A DNA stretch of 64,000 nucleotides from sequence record OP292222.1, one strand, 5' to 3'. The translations under genes and the position numbers were made by a program. The notes beneath the pieces are model-generated. The model searched no databases and was not told the DNA's origin. It worked only from the letters and a program-made list of their open reading frames with translations. How positions within the stretch are numbered: position 1 is the first letter of the stretch; every line of letters starts with the position of its first letter. Positions 55,274 to 64,000 of the stretch are shown in pieces. This stretch comes from Escherichia phage Esco_phi_B-01.

Positions 55274-55906
55274 ATGTCTAAAATTACTTACATCATCAAA
55301 GCTTCTGAAGACGTCCTGAATGAAAAAACGGCTTCTATCTTAGTACATATCATCAAGAACAACTTCATCACTTCAGGCGAAGTCCGTGAAGCCCTGAGTG
55401 AACAATTTAGTGCAGCGGTAGTTAACTCTAACATCGGTGTATTGATTAAGAAAGGATTCATCGAAAAATCTGGTGATGGACTGGTGGCTACAGGTGAAGC
55501 AATGGACCTAGTTCAAAAAGCTGCCGACCTGTTCGCTTCTGAAAATGCTCCAGAGATGTTGGAAAAACGTAAAACTCGCAGTTCACGTGGTGTTACTCCT
55601 GAAATGGTAGTATTGGCTGATGAAGTTAAATCTTTGTTAGAAGACCGTATCGAGATTCGTGAAATCGCTGAAAACCGTAGCAATCTTGAAGTTCGATTCG
55701 CTAAACGTACCAATGGTATTCGTCAAATCGAAGTCCGTCGTGACGGAATGATGCGTATCTTCGGTTATAATATGACCGATAAAGAAAAACAAGTGTTTAC
55801 TTCTTTGAATCTTGATGTTAAGATTAAGACCGGTGGTAAGAATACTTATATCGACTTCCAAAACGTATCATCTGAAGTTATCAAAACCGTAACCAACGCA
55901 ATTTAA
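55274..55906 (+). CDS. motA: middle-transcription activator MotA
   Basis: similarity recalled to T4 MotA (MSKITYIIKAS.DVLNEKTA, NSNIGVLIKKG..EKSGDGL). Confidence 0.9.
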   Translation: MSKITYIIKASEDVLNEKTASILVHIIKNNFITSGEVREALSEQFSAAVVNSNIGVLIKKGFIEKSGDGLVATGEAMDLVQKAADLFASENAPEMLEKRKTRSSRGVTPEMVVLADEVKSLLEDRIEIREIAENRSNLEVRFAKRTNGIRQIEVRRDGMMRIFGYNMTDKEKQVFTSLNLDVKIKTGGKNTYIDFQNVSSEVIKTVTNAI

Positions 55907-55924
55907 CTGACTGAGGAAATTATT

Positions 55925-56254
55925 ATGAACAAGCTGAATATTGTTAATGAACTTCGTCGTTGTGCAGAACCTACTCAAGAAGGTTGGGATATTTGGTACC
56001 ATGGCGCTTATCTTGGAACTATTGTTAAGATTAAAGCGGGTAAATACTTAATCATCCGTGGTGGTTCTGAAGCTTCTATGGGAATTCGTAAGAACTTTAT
56101 GGCAGCCATCAGCACCTTTGTTCCAGCTGCTTATGAAGTCTATAAAGCCGACTACAAAGAATACCAGGAATCACAACCAGTTATTCGTTCAATTGGTGTT
56201 AATAAAGCTCAACAGAAAACTTTATGGCAACGTATTAAAGGATGGTTCAAATGA
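55925..56254 (+). CDS. hypothetical protein (109 aa)
   Basis: RBS ctGAGGAAAttattATG. Confidence 0.55.
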   Translation: MNKLNIVNELRRCAEPTQEGWDIWYHGAYLGTIVKIKAGKYLIIRGGSEASMGIRKNFMAAISTFVPAAYEVYKADYKEYQESQPVIRSIGVNKAQQKTLWQRIKGWFK

Positions 56255-56406
56255 AAACATTTAAAATTGTCGTAGAATTTTATAACGGCGAAGGTGTGGT
56301 CCATCTTAAAGCAGCCAACCAATTTGATGCTGTAAGAGTATATTGTCAATGCTTTGAAAGTTCCAAAAAGGCCATAAAAATCAAAAGCGTTGAGGAAACC
56401 AAATGA
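56251..56406 (+). CDS. hypothetical small protein (51 aa)
   Basis: ATGA overlaps on both sides. Confidence 0.4.
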   Translation: MKTFKIVVEFYNGEGVVHLKAANQFDAVRVYCQCFESSKKAIKIKSVEETK

Positions 56407-56867
56407 AACCCTTCAAAGAGCGTCTTGAATTATTAGACCTGGCTTTATCACGTGAGACCCCTGAAAGTCTTGCTGCTAAATTCCAGTCATATGGATACGC
56501 CAACTATACAGAAGAAGATGTTCTAAAAGAAGTTCCTGAAATCTGTTGGCAGATTGCTCATTGGAACAACAATGAAAAATATCAGCGACGAATTGTGTGT
56601 GCAGCCAACCGCTTTAAGTTAAAAGACGGCGGGACTTTGGTTATTCCTGGCGCTCGTCATTATTCAAAAGATATGGCGGAAGTGCTTGACCAAGTAAGTG
56701 ATAAACTTGTGTCAGAGCATGTTTGTGGTGATGACCAAGGATTTATCGACCAATATTCAAACTATTGGACTCGCGAAGAAGCAATGATTATTGCAACATA
56801 TGCTAATCAAGTTCGTATTGAACGTGGTGGTAGTGAAAAAGAACTTTACTCTGAGGACCTTTACTAA
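56403..56867 (+). CDS. hypothetical protein (154 aa)
   Basis: ORF. Confidence 0.55.
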   Translation: MKPFKERLELLDLALSRETPESLAAKFQSYGYANYTEEDVLKEVPEICWQIAHWNNNEKYQRRIVCAANRFKLKDGGTLVIPGARHYSKDMAEVLDQVSDKLVSEHVCGDDQGFIDQYSNYWTREEAMIIATYANQVRIERGGSEKELYSEDLY

Positions 56868-57148
56868 TGAATCTTAAACAACTCCAGATTGATGCAATCG
56901 AAGCCCATATCAACCATATTAAACGTCTGAATGTTATGGTGGAAGACAACTGGGGAACTTATGTCAACCAACCGGCTTGGGATGCATTAGACCATGAATA
57001 TATAAAGAATATTAGCTCCAAGACAATCCATGGGAATATGGAAGGGTTGAAGCCGTTCCTACGTGATATGTATATTGCAACTAATAAAGAAATTATCAGT
57101 TCTCTTGAATATCAATTAAGGAAATTACGTGAACAATCTGGTAGCTAA
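56867..57148 (+). CDS. hypothetical protein (93 aa); Arn-like by position/size only
   Basis: location between motA and asiA, where T4 encodes arn. Confidence 0.45.
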   Translation: MNLKQLQIDAIEAHINHIKRLNVMVEDNWGTYVNQPAWDALDHEYIKNISSKTIHGNMEGLKPFLRDMYIATNKEIISSLEYQLRKLREQSGS

Positions 57149-57237
57149 GCACGATTTCAATAAGGCTTCGGTCCATAAGGACAAGAAGAAAAATTTTAAA
57201 GAGTCCAAGCGTAAGCAGAAACATAAGGGTAAAGGGT

Positions 57238-57402
57238 ATGAGTCATAACTTAGAGAATACCGTAACAGGTATGCGTACGCGTGAGCAGGAGTGCTTTGAG
57301 GAATTCCTAGGAGCTGATTTTAAGTTCCAGGAACCTATTGAAGAAATGTATCAGGAATATGTTGTACGGATGAAAAATCATGTGTACAACCTAGAAGAAT
57401 AG
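57238..57402 (+). CDS. hypothetical acidic small protein (54 aa)
   Basis: ORF. Confidence 0.35.
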   Translation: MSHNLENTVTGMRTREQECFEEFLGADFKFQEPIEEMYQEYVVRMKNHVYNLEE

Positions 57403-57460
57403 TGTTACAATATTCTTACTGAATAAATGAATGTCCTATTGAATACTTGAGTAAATTAAA

Positions 57461-57736
57461 ATGACTAAAATTGAAATCGTTTCCGAAATTGCTACTATTG
57501 TTTCCATTTTGATTAAAACGGATTGTGAAGACATCATGCAACGCCGTGATGAGTTTATTGCCTTTTTGAATGAGTTAGGTATTCGTAATGAACATGGAAA
57601 GGAACTTAACGGTCTATCTTTTAATAAACTCTTTAAGTCTTTAACTGAAGATGAACGTGATACTCTTATTGAGCAATTTAACGAAGGGTATGAAGATATA
57701 CACCGTTATCTAATGATGTATACCTCCAATTTTTAA
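57461..57736 (+). CDS. asiA: anti-sigma-70 protein AsiA
   Basis: similarity recalled to T4 AsiA (IVSEIATIVSILIK, FIAFLNE.G, LIEQFNEGYE..HRYL.MYT). Confidence 0.9.
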   Translation: MTKIEIVSEIATIVSILIKTDCEDIMQRRDEFIAFLNELGIRNEHGKELNGLSFNKLFKSLTEDERDTLIEQFNEGYEDIHRYLMMYTSNF

Positions 57737-58386
57737 CGAGTTCGACCTAATGTCCTCCCGGCCTGACCACACATAGACGAAAGTCTAGGAAATCCTAAAT
57801 CCGGTTTGGTATCGTACCAATATAATGATATCGAGCCGGCATAGATGTTATCCAAATTAAAAAACGGGCATGAAAACATATACGTGAATTGGGTTTTCTT
57901 CTTTGTAGGAAGGAACACAGTTTCTGTACTTGATTCAAAATAGTTTCCGTTAACTCCCGCCATATATTCTACTGACGTTTTGTCAATTGGAAACCCTCCC
58001 GTATTTTTTGCGTCTACCGTTTCCGGTAATTTACCCTCATAAGCAACCATATCCACAAAATAATTCATGTTGGTTGGTCTAAAAGAATATATTGCTGTGA
58101 AGTCTGCGCCTGAAGAAGAATGCACTATTCGGAGCTGCTCGATAGCCGCAATTTTAAATCTATTGTCCTGGTCTTGTCTAATCATTTCAGTATAAGAGGC
58201 ATAAGTTGTCTCTTTATAAAAGTTTAGAATATACTCGCCTTTATACCAAACTAATGCCATAAAGAACAATAATATTACGACTAGGACCCGGGAAAAAACT
58301 ACTTTCCCGGAAGAAGTATCTTTAAAAATTCTATCAAGAAGTCCAAAAAGTAGGTCTGATAATGAAAATCCTACTTTTGGTTCCAT
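57733..58386 (-). CDS. t: holin (T-type)
   Basis: similarity recalled to T4 holin t (LLFGLLDRIFKD, VVILLFFMA.VWY, YSFRP.N.NYFVD..AYEGKLP); converges on asiA. Confidence 0.9.
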   Translation of the reverse strand: MEPKVGFSLSDLLFGLLDRIFKDTSSGKVVFSRVLVVILLFFMALVWYKGEYILNFYKETTYASYTEMIRQDQDNRFKIAAIEQLRIVHSSSGADFTAIYSFRPTNMNYFVDMVAYEGKLPETVDAKNTGGFPIDKTSVEYMAGVNGNYFESSTETVFLPTKKKTQFTYMFSCPFFNLDNIYAGSISLYWYDTKPDLGFPRLSSMCGQAGRTLGRTR

Positions 58387-58404
58387 ACTTTTCTCCTTTA
58401 AAGA

Positions 58405-58412
58405 TATTTATA
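58405..58412 (-). promoter_or_regulatory. T4-type late promoter TATAAATA (minus strand) upstream of holin gene
   Basis: octamer on minus strand about 20 nt upstream of start, followed by SD aaggag. Confidence 0.5.
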
Positions 58413-58428
58413 ATTTAATACTTTCGTA

Positions 58429-59205
58429 TTATACCCAAGACCCGTAAATAGTACCTGTGGCACCCCATGAAGGACTATTACCACTTACAGCAGGCCCTGC
58501 AGCTCCAGGTGGAGACATGGATACACTGCGTCCATAACCCCAGCCGCCTGCAGCGCCTGCGTCACCGCCCCAACCGCCACCAAACTGTCCGCCGGCATCC
58601 CCGGGACCACCGGCCCCAGCATAACTAGCGTTACCGCCAGGTCTATAACTAGTTGCACCACCTAACCCGAATGGTCTGCCACCGCCACCGCCGCAGGTTG
58701 AGCCAGAAGGATAGCTATTTTGCAATGATGTAGCACCGCCACCACCGCCACCACCACAGATAACACCATAGTTCCATATGCGTAAACGCCCACCAATTTC
58801 ATTATAAATTGCTGTACCGCCTTGTTGGCCTCCACCGCCATTGGTTGCGCCATTACCACCGCGTCCCCACATATGAACCCCACCATGAATATTCAAAGTA
58901 ACGTATTCGTTAGGGATGTCACTATTCATAAAGAACAATGGAAGGTCTCTAGTATAAGATACTAAATCGCCGGTGATATTAAACACAATAGGTGCAGCGC
59001 CGGCTTCAAAACAACGGTCTCTAAACCAATACCCGTTGAAGTTGTGGTCCGCCCCAAGTGTGTGAATTATTTCAACAGACCGACCTATCATATTACTCAT
59101 CCAAAATGGAACACCCATTCTCAATCGTTGGGCTGCTCCTGCCATCCAAGGGTCCCCAGTTTGTACCCTTGCAGACCATCCTACCCACGGTCCTTCAACT
59201 GCCAT
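58429..59205 (-). CDS. 38: gp38 receptor-binding adhesin with glycine-rich motifs
   Basis: N-terminal region recalled as gp38-like ([37 protein letters not shown]); multiple poly-Gly runs; start at ATG with SD ggagg (track start 59217 is TTG). Confidence 0.85.
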   Translation of the reverse strand: MAVEGPWVGWSARVQTGDPWMAGAAQRLRMGVPFWMSNMIGRSVEIIHTLGADHNFNGYWFRDRCFEAGAAPIVFNITGDLVSYTRDLPLFFMNSDIPNEYVTLNIHGGVHMWGRGGNGATNGGGGQQGGTAIYNEIGGRLRIWNYGVICGGGGGGGATSLQNSYPSGSTCGGGGGRPFGLGGATSYRPGGNASYAGAGGPGDAGGQFGGGWGGDAGAAGGWGYGRSVSMSPPGAAGPAVSGNSPSWGATGTIYGSWV

Positions 59206-59236
59206 ATAAACCTCCAAGGGGCCTAGGCCCCTCTTA

Positions 59237-62200
59237 TTATTTTAACAATGATTTAACTAAAGCTTTAAGTTCTTCAATCTCTGATTTCAATTCTGCTATT
59301 TCGGCAGTGTGCTCATTGATTGCAGCTGTATTTAAACCAATTACACCGTTATAGTTCAAACGAAGTAAAGCTTCACCATCAGGGTCACCTTCAACCAATT
59401 CAGGTAAAATAGCTTGAACTTCTTGGGCAATTAAACCAGCATTAGGTTCCCATTTCTGATTACCTTCCTCATCTAGGCCTCGCTTCTGCATATAAGTGTA
59501 ACCGTTAATTTTAGAAAGCTTCTGAGAAGCATTTTCAAATTTAACAAGGTCCTTTTTAACACGAATATCAGAGCGGACATAAACATCGCGGACAAACGTA
59601 GAATAGGCATCACTTTGTTGGACTAAATGCCCATAAGAAATAATAGCTCTTCCTGTTTCGGTCCACAAAGCACCGGTGGTATCCCAAAGACCTTGATGAA
59701 TCTGATAACCGGCTGACCATGAAGCAATATGAACACCATTGGCAACCATATTGATTCGGCCATCGCCACCATGAACTAATCCGGTATCATTATCACCAAT
59801 AACAAGACATGGTCCGGCCCACACAGGGTCACCGCCGCCAGCTGATAATCTTGCTCCAGTTTTAACCATGTTAGGAACAAACAGAGTTCCATTGTGGTGG
59901 AATTCATATATAGCTTGTGGGTCAGAACCGTTTTCTTGGTTACCTACACGAATAATACCTTGCGCCCATGTATTAGTGATGCGTCGCATGCCAAAATCAA
60001 CACCTGATATGTATCCTTCGTTAGTAATACCAGATTTTCCTTTGATAATTGGATAATAACTATCATTACCAACATTACCAAAATCAACAAATACCGGTGC
60101 TTCTTGCTTCCATTGGTTTCCCCAATCGCCAGCCTGGTGGGATGCCCAGACAGAGCCATTAATAAAAAGACGGTCCCTATTAAAATTAAAAGTGGCTGAA
60201 CCTTGTGGGTTTAAAGCAATATCGCCGTCTGCATTAATATTTACGCCTGAATTAGTTTGAAAACTATAAATTGATACAGCATTATCGGCACCGCCGTTAC
60301 CTACATACCAGTTATCAATACCAGCTTTTTGTCCTTTCATATAACCAGATTCGGTTGCAGCACTGTTAATAACAATAGCATCCGAGTTTGCATTCAGCGT
60401 TAAACGCCCGGTCATTGTGTCGCCGCCTTTACCTACACGAGTATTCACCGCTGCGTCAAGGTTAGTAGCACCGCTATACTTGTTCCAAATAGAACCTGCA
60501 ATATTACCATCAGTATTCATGAAAGCTGTACCGGCATATAAGCGGTTCTGAGCCATGAAGTTACCTTCTTTGGTAAAGCGCCAGTATTTTAATCCGGTTG
60601 TAACGCCATCGCCCTGCAAATCACCTTGAGCAACAATTCGGTATTCGCTCGTGGTGCGGTCCATACCTTGAGTAATAGTTACATTAGAAACTGTATTTTT
60701 CTGCTTGGTAATTGGATAGAATGCTTGGGTTGCTGCACCAAGTGTTTGATACAACGGAGCTTTAGTCGTATTCTGGTTGGCATAAGATGCACCATTACCA
60801 GCAGGGAATTCTAATACGCTGTTAGCAATAAAAGAAACTTGGTCAGCCGCTAAATTAGGGATTTTAACTTGACCGGTGTCTAACGTAATACTTAATGGGC
60901 GTAATGGGCCTAATCCGCCACTTTCGCCGGCATTAACATTGGTTGGGATAATATGCAGCTGGTCTTCTGAATTTCGGAAAATAACACCATATTTATCATT
61001 CCAAATACGAAGACCACTAGCAGCGCGGACTTTAATTTCATTGGAAACATACAGATTGCGTTTTAAGGATGTATCTTGACTGACAGACAATCCTTCGACG
61101 ATGTTCATCGTACCGTTTAAATAAGATTCGACTTTACCTGCTGTAGTTCGTTGAATATAGTGCATCCAGCCGGTAGCATCAGATGTTTCCAATACGTTTT
61201 TACGAGAACCACCTACCGTATTAAAAGTGTCACCCCAACCTTTGAGCTCTATATTATCAACTGAACTATATCCTGTGGTACTTCCTTTAAAAATCACAGT
61301 GGAAGCGTTACCACGACCGTCAATATTAACCGAACCACCACGGACTTCAACGTTACCAGGAGTAACCAACAACCCACCATCAGTGTTAACGTTTGTTACA
61401 CCTTTACCACGGAAATAATGGTGGTATTTACCACTCTGATGATAACCTAAAAGAGTCTGTCCATCACCAAAGCCGTTTTTATCATTAGTAGTATTAACAA
61501 TAACTAATGGATAGTTTTGAGCTGTAGGAAGAATTAAATCAGAACCGTTGGTTGAATAACCAGCAACTAACTGTTTAAGGCTTGTAACTTCAGTCGGAGT
61601 TGTAAGTAAAGTATAAGCTCCATTATTAACTGTATGGAACTGGCCGTCTTGTTTCCATTTCAAACCTGTGTTATTGTCACCAAGAGCAATTGAAGCCGTC
61701 CCTAATTCAGAATATCCTTTAGGGCCACCTGGAAGACCTACAGAAATAGAATGACCGGCTTTCAATCCACCGGACCAGGTAAACGACCAAAGATAAGTGT
61801 CTAAGCCATCTCCGGAATACCAGGCTATTCCGTCATTAACATTAACTTCGTGGAAAATACCTGCTCCTACAGCATTTCGCATAACACGGAGGTGGTTAAT
61901 AGCCGTTTCGCTTTCTGCCAATGGAGTGTTATTTGATAATGAAGATATATCGTAATCGCCGGCGGCTTTACCGTCGGTAATAACTTTATTAGTATAAATT
62001 ATTGGAGATTTTACCGATGTTCCACCAGAAATAGATGGAGCATAAAATAAACCGTCACCGTTGAATGCAAAAATATTAGATGTTGAATTAGTGTAATCCT
62101 GAACACGAACATTTAAGATTTGCTTGGTATCCCCAGCACGGTTTTGAGAATAAATTATGCCTCTTTCACGCGCATCAGCCAAATCCTGGAATCGAACGTG

Positions 62201-62557
62201 GGTAGTTCCTGCACCCCGTACAAGAACTTCACCGTTATCTGTCATTAGGCGAGATTTTGCTGTGATATCACCATTTGCTGTTATACTTCCGGATGTCGTA
62301 TAACTACCTGTTTGGGTAAAAGCACCCTTCAGGGCATAATCGCCGGTCTGGTTGTAGTTACCGTTATGAATAACGTTTCCGTCGATATTACCACCTTTAG
62401 CAAAGCCAAGGTCGATAATCGCTCCAGTGTCATCTTTGGTAAATAACAAACGGTCTTTTAAGTTAATAGCCAGCTCGCCTTCAGCCAACTGCGCTGGCGT
62501 AGGACGTACACCAGCTACTTTACTTCTTTTAAATTGTATCTGTTTTAAAGTAGCCAT
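59237..62557 (-). CDS. 37: long tail fiber distal subunit gp37
   Basis: N-terminus [17 protein letters not shown]...[13 protein letters not shown] matches T4 gp37. Confidence 0.93.
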   Translation of the reverse strand: MATLKQIQFKRSKVAGVRPTPAQLAEGELAINLKDRLLFTKDDTGAIIDLGFAKGGNIDGNVIHNGNYNQTGDYALKGAFTQTGSYTTSGSITANGDITAKSRLMTDNGEVLVRGAGTTHVRFQDLADARERGIIYSQNRAGDTKQILNVRVQDYTNSTSNIFAFNGDGLFYAPSISGGTSVKSPIIYTNKVITDGKAAGDYDISSLSNNTPLAESETAINHLRVMRNAVGAGIFHEVNVNDGIAWYSGDGLDTYLWSFTWSGGLKAGHSISVGLPGGPKGYSELGTASIALGDNNTGLKWKQDGQFHTVNNGAYTLLTTPTEVTSLKQLVAGYSTNGSDLILPTAQNYPLVIVNTTNDKNGFGDGQTLLGYHQSGKYHHYFRGKGVTNVNTDGGLLVTPGNVEVRGGSVNIDGRGNASTVIFKGSTTGYSSVDNIELKGWGDTFNTVGGSRKNVLETSDATGWMHYIQRTTAGKVESYLNGTMNIVEGLSVSQDTSLKRNLYVSNEIKVRAASGLRIWNDKYGVIFRNSEDQLHIIPTNVNAGESGGLGPLRPLSITLDTGQVKIPNLAADQVSFIANSVLEFPAGNGASYANQNTTKAPLYQTLGAATQAFYPITKQKNTVSNVTITQGMDRTTSEYRIVAQGDLQGDGVTTGLKYWRFTKEGNFMAQNRLYAGTAFMNTDGNIAGSIWNKYSGATNLDAAVNTRVGKGGDTMTGRLTLNANSDAIVINSAATESGYMKGQKAGIDNWYVGNGGADNAVSIYSFQTNSGVNINADGDIALNPQGSATFNFNRDRLFINGSVWASHQAGDWGNQWKQEAPVFVDFGNVGNDSYYPIIKGKSGITNEGYISGVDFGMRRITNTWAQGIIRVGNQENGSDPQAIYEFHHNGTLFVPNMVKTGARLSAGGGDPVWAGPCLVIGDNDTGLVHGGDGRINMVANGVHIASWSAGYQIHQGLWDTTGALWTETGRAIISYGHLVQQSDAYSTFVRDVYVRSDIRVKKDLVKFENASQKLSKINGYTYMQKRGLDEEGNQKWEPNAGLIAQEVQAILPELVEGDPDGEALLRLNYNGVIGLNTAAINEHTAEIAELKSEIEELKALVKSLLK

Positions 62558-62565
62558 AATGCCTC

Positions 62566-63213
62566 TTAATAATAACCAAAATCTTGAATAGAATCTTTTT
62601 GAACAATCTGGTCAAAGCGAGGAACGTGTCCTGCACCAGAGGCCGGATTCCGTGAAATAAAGTTAGGAGCCGCTAGCACTCCATCCATTATTTGCATGTC
62701 AGTATTATTTATTTGGACCTGTTTTGCGTTATCTACTAATGACAATCCAACTTGGGCTTTAGTAGGGGTGTTGCCTGGGCTGAATACGCGGCCTGATTCA
62801 TCATAAACTTGACGGAATAACGAATCACCCATTACAGTAAGACGTTTAGCACCAACTGTTGTATTTGGGTCAAATATCATAAACGGAGTACCATCTTCCG
62901 TTTCATATCCAAAAGCACCTTTAATACGGAAAGAAGCTGTGAACGGGGCTCCGCCGGTTCTTGCTCCTAATTTAATACCATATCCATTAGTATCATTAAA
63001 GGTCAAACCTTTTTCAAAATACACGTTGTTCTGATAATTACCACCGTTAGCTTTTGAAACGAAATCGTTATCAACTGCTTGAGGTTTATTATACTCGGTG
63101 TAAACTTTATATGTTTTGTAAAGAAGGTCGTTTGATACAGGCGTTAAAGGAAAATTACCTTGGTGCCATAATACCGAACCTCCTGCTGTAGAACCTAATT
63201 TTAAATCTGCCAT
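62566..63213 (-). CDS. 36: long tail fiber hinge subunit gp36
   Basis: N-terminus MADLK.GST.GGSV.WHQGNFPL and C-terminus PRFDQIV.KDS.QDFGYY match T4 gp36. Confidence 0.92.
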   Translation of the reverse strand: MADLKLGSTAGGSVLWHQGNFPLTPVSNDLLYKTYKVYTEYNKPQAVDNDFVSKANGGNYQNNVYFEKGLTFNDTNGYGIKLGARTGGAPFTASFRIKGAFGYETEDGTPFMIFDPNTTVGAKRLTVMGDSLFRQVYDESGRVFSPGNTPTKAQVGLSLVDNAKQVQINNTDMQIMDGVLAAPNFISRNPASGAGHVPRFDQIVQKDSIQDFGYY

Positions 63214-63261
63214 TTGAGTTTCCTTTGGGAGTTATAGCCTTTTATATATTTATGGCTGTAG

Positions 63262-63291
63262 AAAATGAAAAAGGAACCCGAAGGTTCCTTA
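63262..63291 (-). terminator. hairpin + T-run on minus strand after gp35 (aaggaacc-ttcg-ggttcctt-tttcatttt)
   Basis: stem-loop with UUCG loop and U-rich tail on minus strand. Confidence 0.55.
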
Positions 63292-64000
63292 ATATTTTTC
63301 TCTAAATTCAGCGACCCAAACCTGACCAGGCTTAGTACCTGTTTTATCGTATAACTGAGCTATGGTAGTACCCATATTCTTAGTTTCGGTACCGAAATTC
63401 ATACGAATACCATTTACACCAAATTCGGCTGATTTAGGTTGAGATTCTGGCTCTGATACTTCACCAAACATCACATTACGTACACCGCCAACTCCATCGG
63501 CCACTGTTTTTCTTGCATACAATGTAAATGTTTCAGTATTAGCAGGAACTTCAATTACCCGCTCAAAAGTCATCCAAGACCCAGCAGGGACATTAGGTGG
63601 AACTTCCATATTAACCGACCCTGTTAAAGCACCTGAGGCATTAAAAAATCTAACAGACATCTGAGAGGTCCCTAAATCTTTTAATTCCTGGTCACACATC
63701 ATTTGGAATTTAAGATAAAAGAATTCTCCAGGCTTCATATTATAATCGGCGCAAGGAGTAGTAGGAGATTCAGTAGGGAAACGTTTTATTTCCTCTCCAT
63801 CATTACTTAGATAAGTGTTTTCATCTTCCACTATTCTTATAGGATACCCGGTGCCGCCAACATCACTGATATCGTCAAAAACGACTTCTAATGGTGTAGA
63901 AACATCTTCAACAAACACCCCATCATTATAAAGGACGTGTTCCATCACTATAGTATTTCTACCGGACACGTAAAAGGCCGAATAAGACGGCTCGAAGCGG
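63289..64000 (-). CDS. 35: long tail fiber proximal connector gp35, 5'-truncated by window edge
   Basis: synteny 35-36-37-38; frame open to position 64000. Confidence 0.75.
   Translation of the reverse strand, partial: RFEPSYSAFYVSGRNTIVMEHVLYNDGVFVEDVSTPLEVVFDDISDVGGTGYPIRIVEDENTYLSNDGEEIKRFPTESPTTPCADYNMKPGEFFYLKFQMMCDQELKDLGTSQMSVRFFNASGALTGSVNMEVPPNVPAGSWMTFERVIEVPANTETFTLYARKTVADGVGGVRNVMFGEVSEPESQPKSAEFGVNGIRMNFGTETKNMGTTIAQLYDKTGTKPGQVWVAEFREKY

Noticed and set aside
59868-61418. Plus-strand ORFs 59868..60056, 60626..60814, 60876..61079, 61227..61418 and minus ORF 59944..60159
   Set aside because: Embedded in the gp37 tail fibre gene in other frames; no translation signals
1-64000. 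tRNA, rRNA or CRISPR features
   Set aside because: No cloverleaf-like conserved tRNA blocks, rRNA-like segments or regularly spaced direct repeats were seen; the T4 tRNA cluster lies outside the region covered here

Overview
This window reads as a T4-like (Tevenvirinae, RB69/T4-type) phage genome segment, almost entirely transcribed on the + strand, with the synteny nrdC - 49 - 55 - 47 - 46 - rpbA - 45 - 44 - 62 - regA - 43 - imm - 42 - uvsX - 40 - 41 - 61 - 56 - soc - modB/modA - dda - dexA - 39(+60 fused) - rIIA - rIIB - ndd - 52 - motA - asiA. It ends with a convergent minus-strand late module: holin t, gp38 adhesin, gp37, gp36 and a truncated gp35. All protein identifications rest on motif reading and recalled similarity to T4 proteins; no search was run. 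The most interesting region is 21.9-26.8 kb. Between imm and the dCMP hydroxymethylase (gp42), and in the slot where T4 carries beta-glucosyltransferase, sits a cassette with no obvious T4 counterpart: a lipoprotein, a nucleotidyltransferase fused to a protein-kinase-like phosphotransferase, a small HAD phosphatase, a thymidylate-kinase-like P-loop kinase, and a 297-aa ORF of unknown fold. The alpha-glucosyltransferase slot between 55 and 47 is occupied by a GIY-YIG Seg-like homing endonuclease. I interpret this as a candidate phage-encoded NDP-sugar salvage pathway plus transferase for a non-glucose hydroxymethylcytosine modification (arabinosylation is one possibility); this is inference. 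Other points: a repeat family of early promoter/stem-loop cassettes (PeSL-like) occurring at least 15 times, a late-promoter-driven 53-aa ORF with a capsid-targeting-like N-terminus, tandem ADP-ribosyltransferase paralogs, a tandemly duplicated small-membrane-ORF module, and several paralogous accessory gene sets. No tRNA, rRNA or CRISPR features were found.
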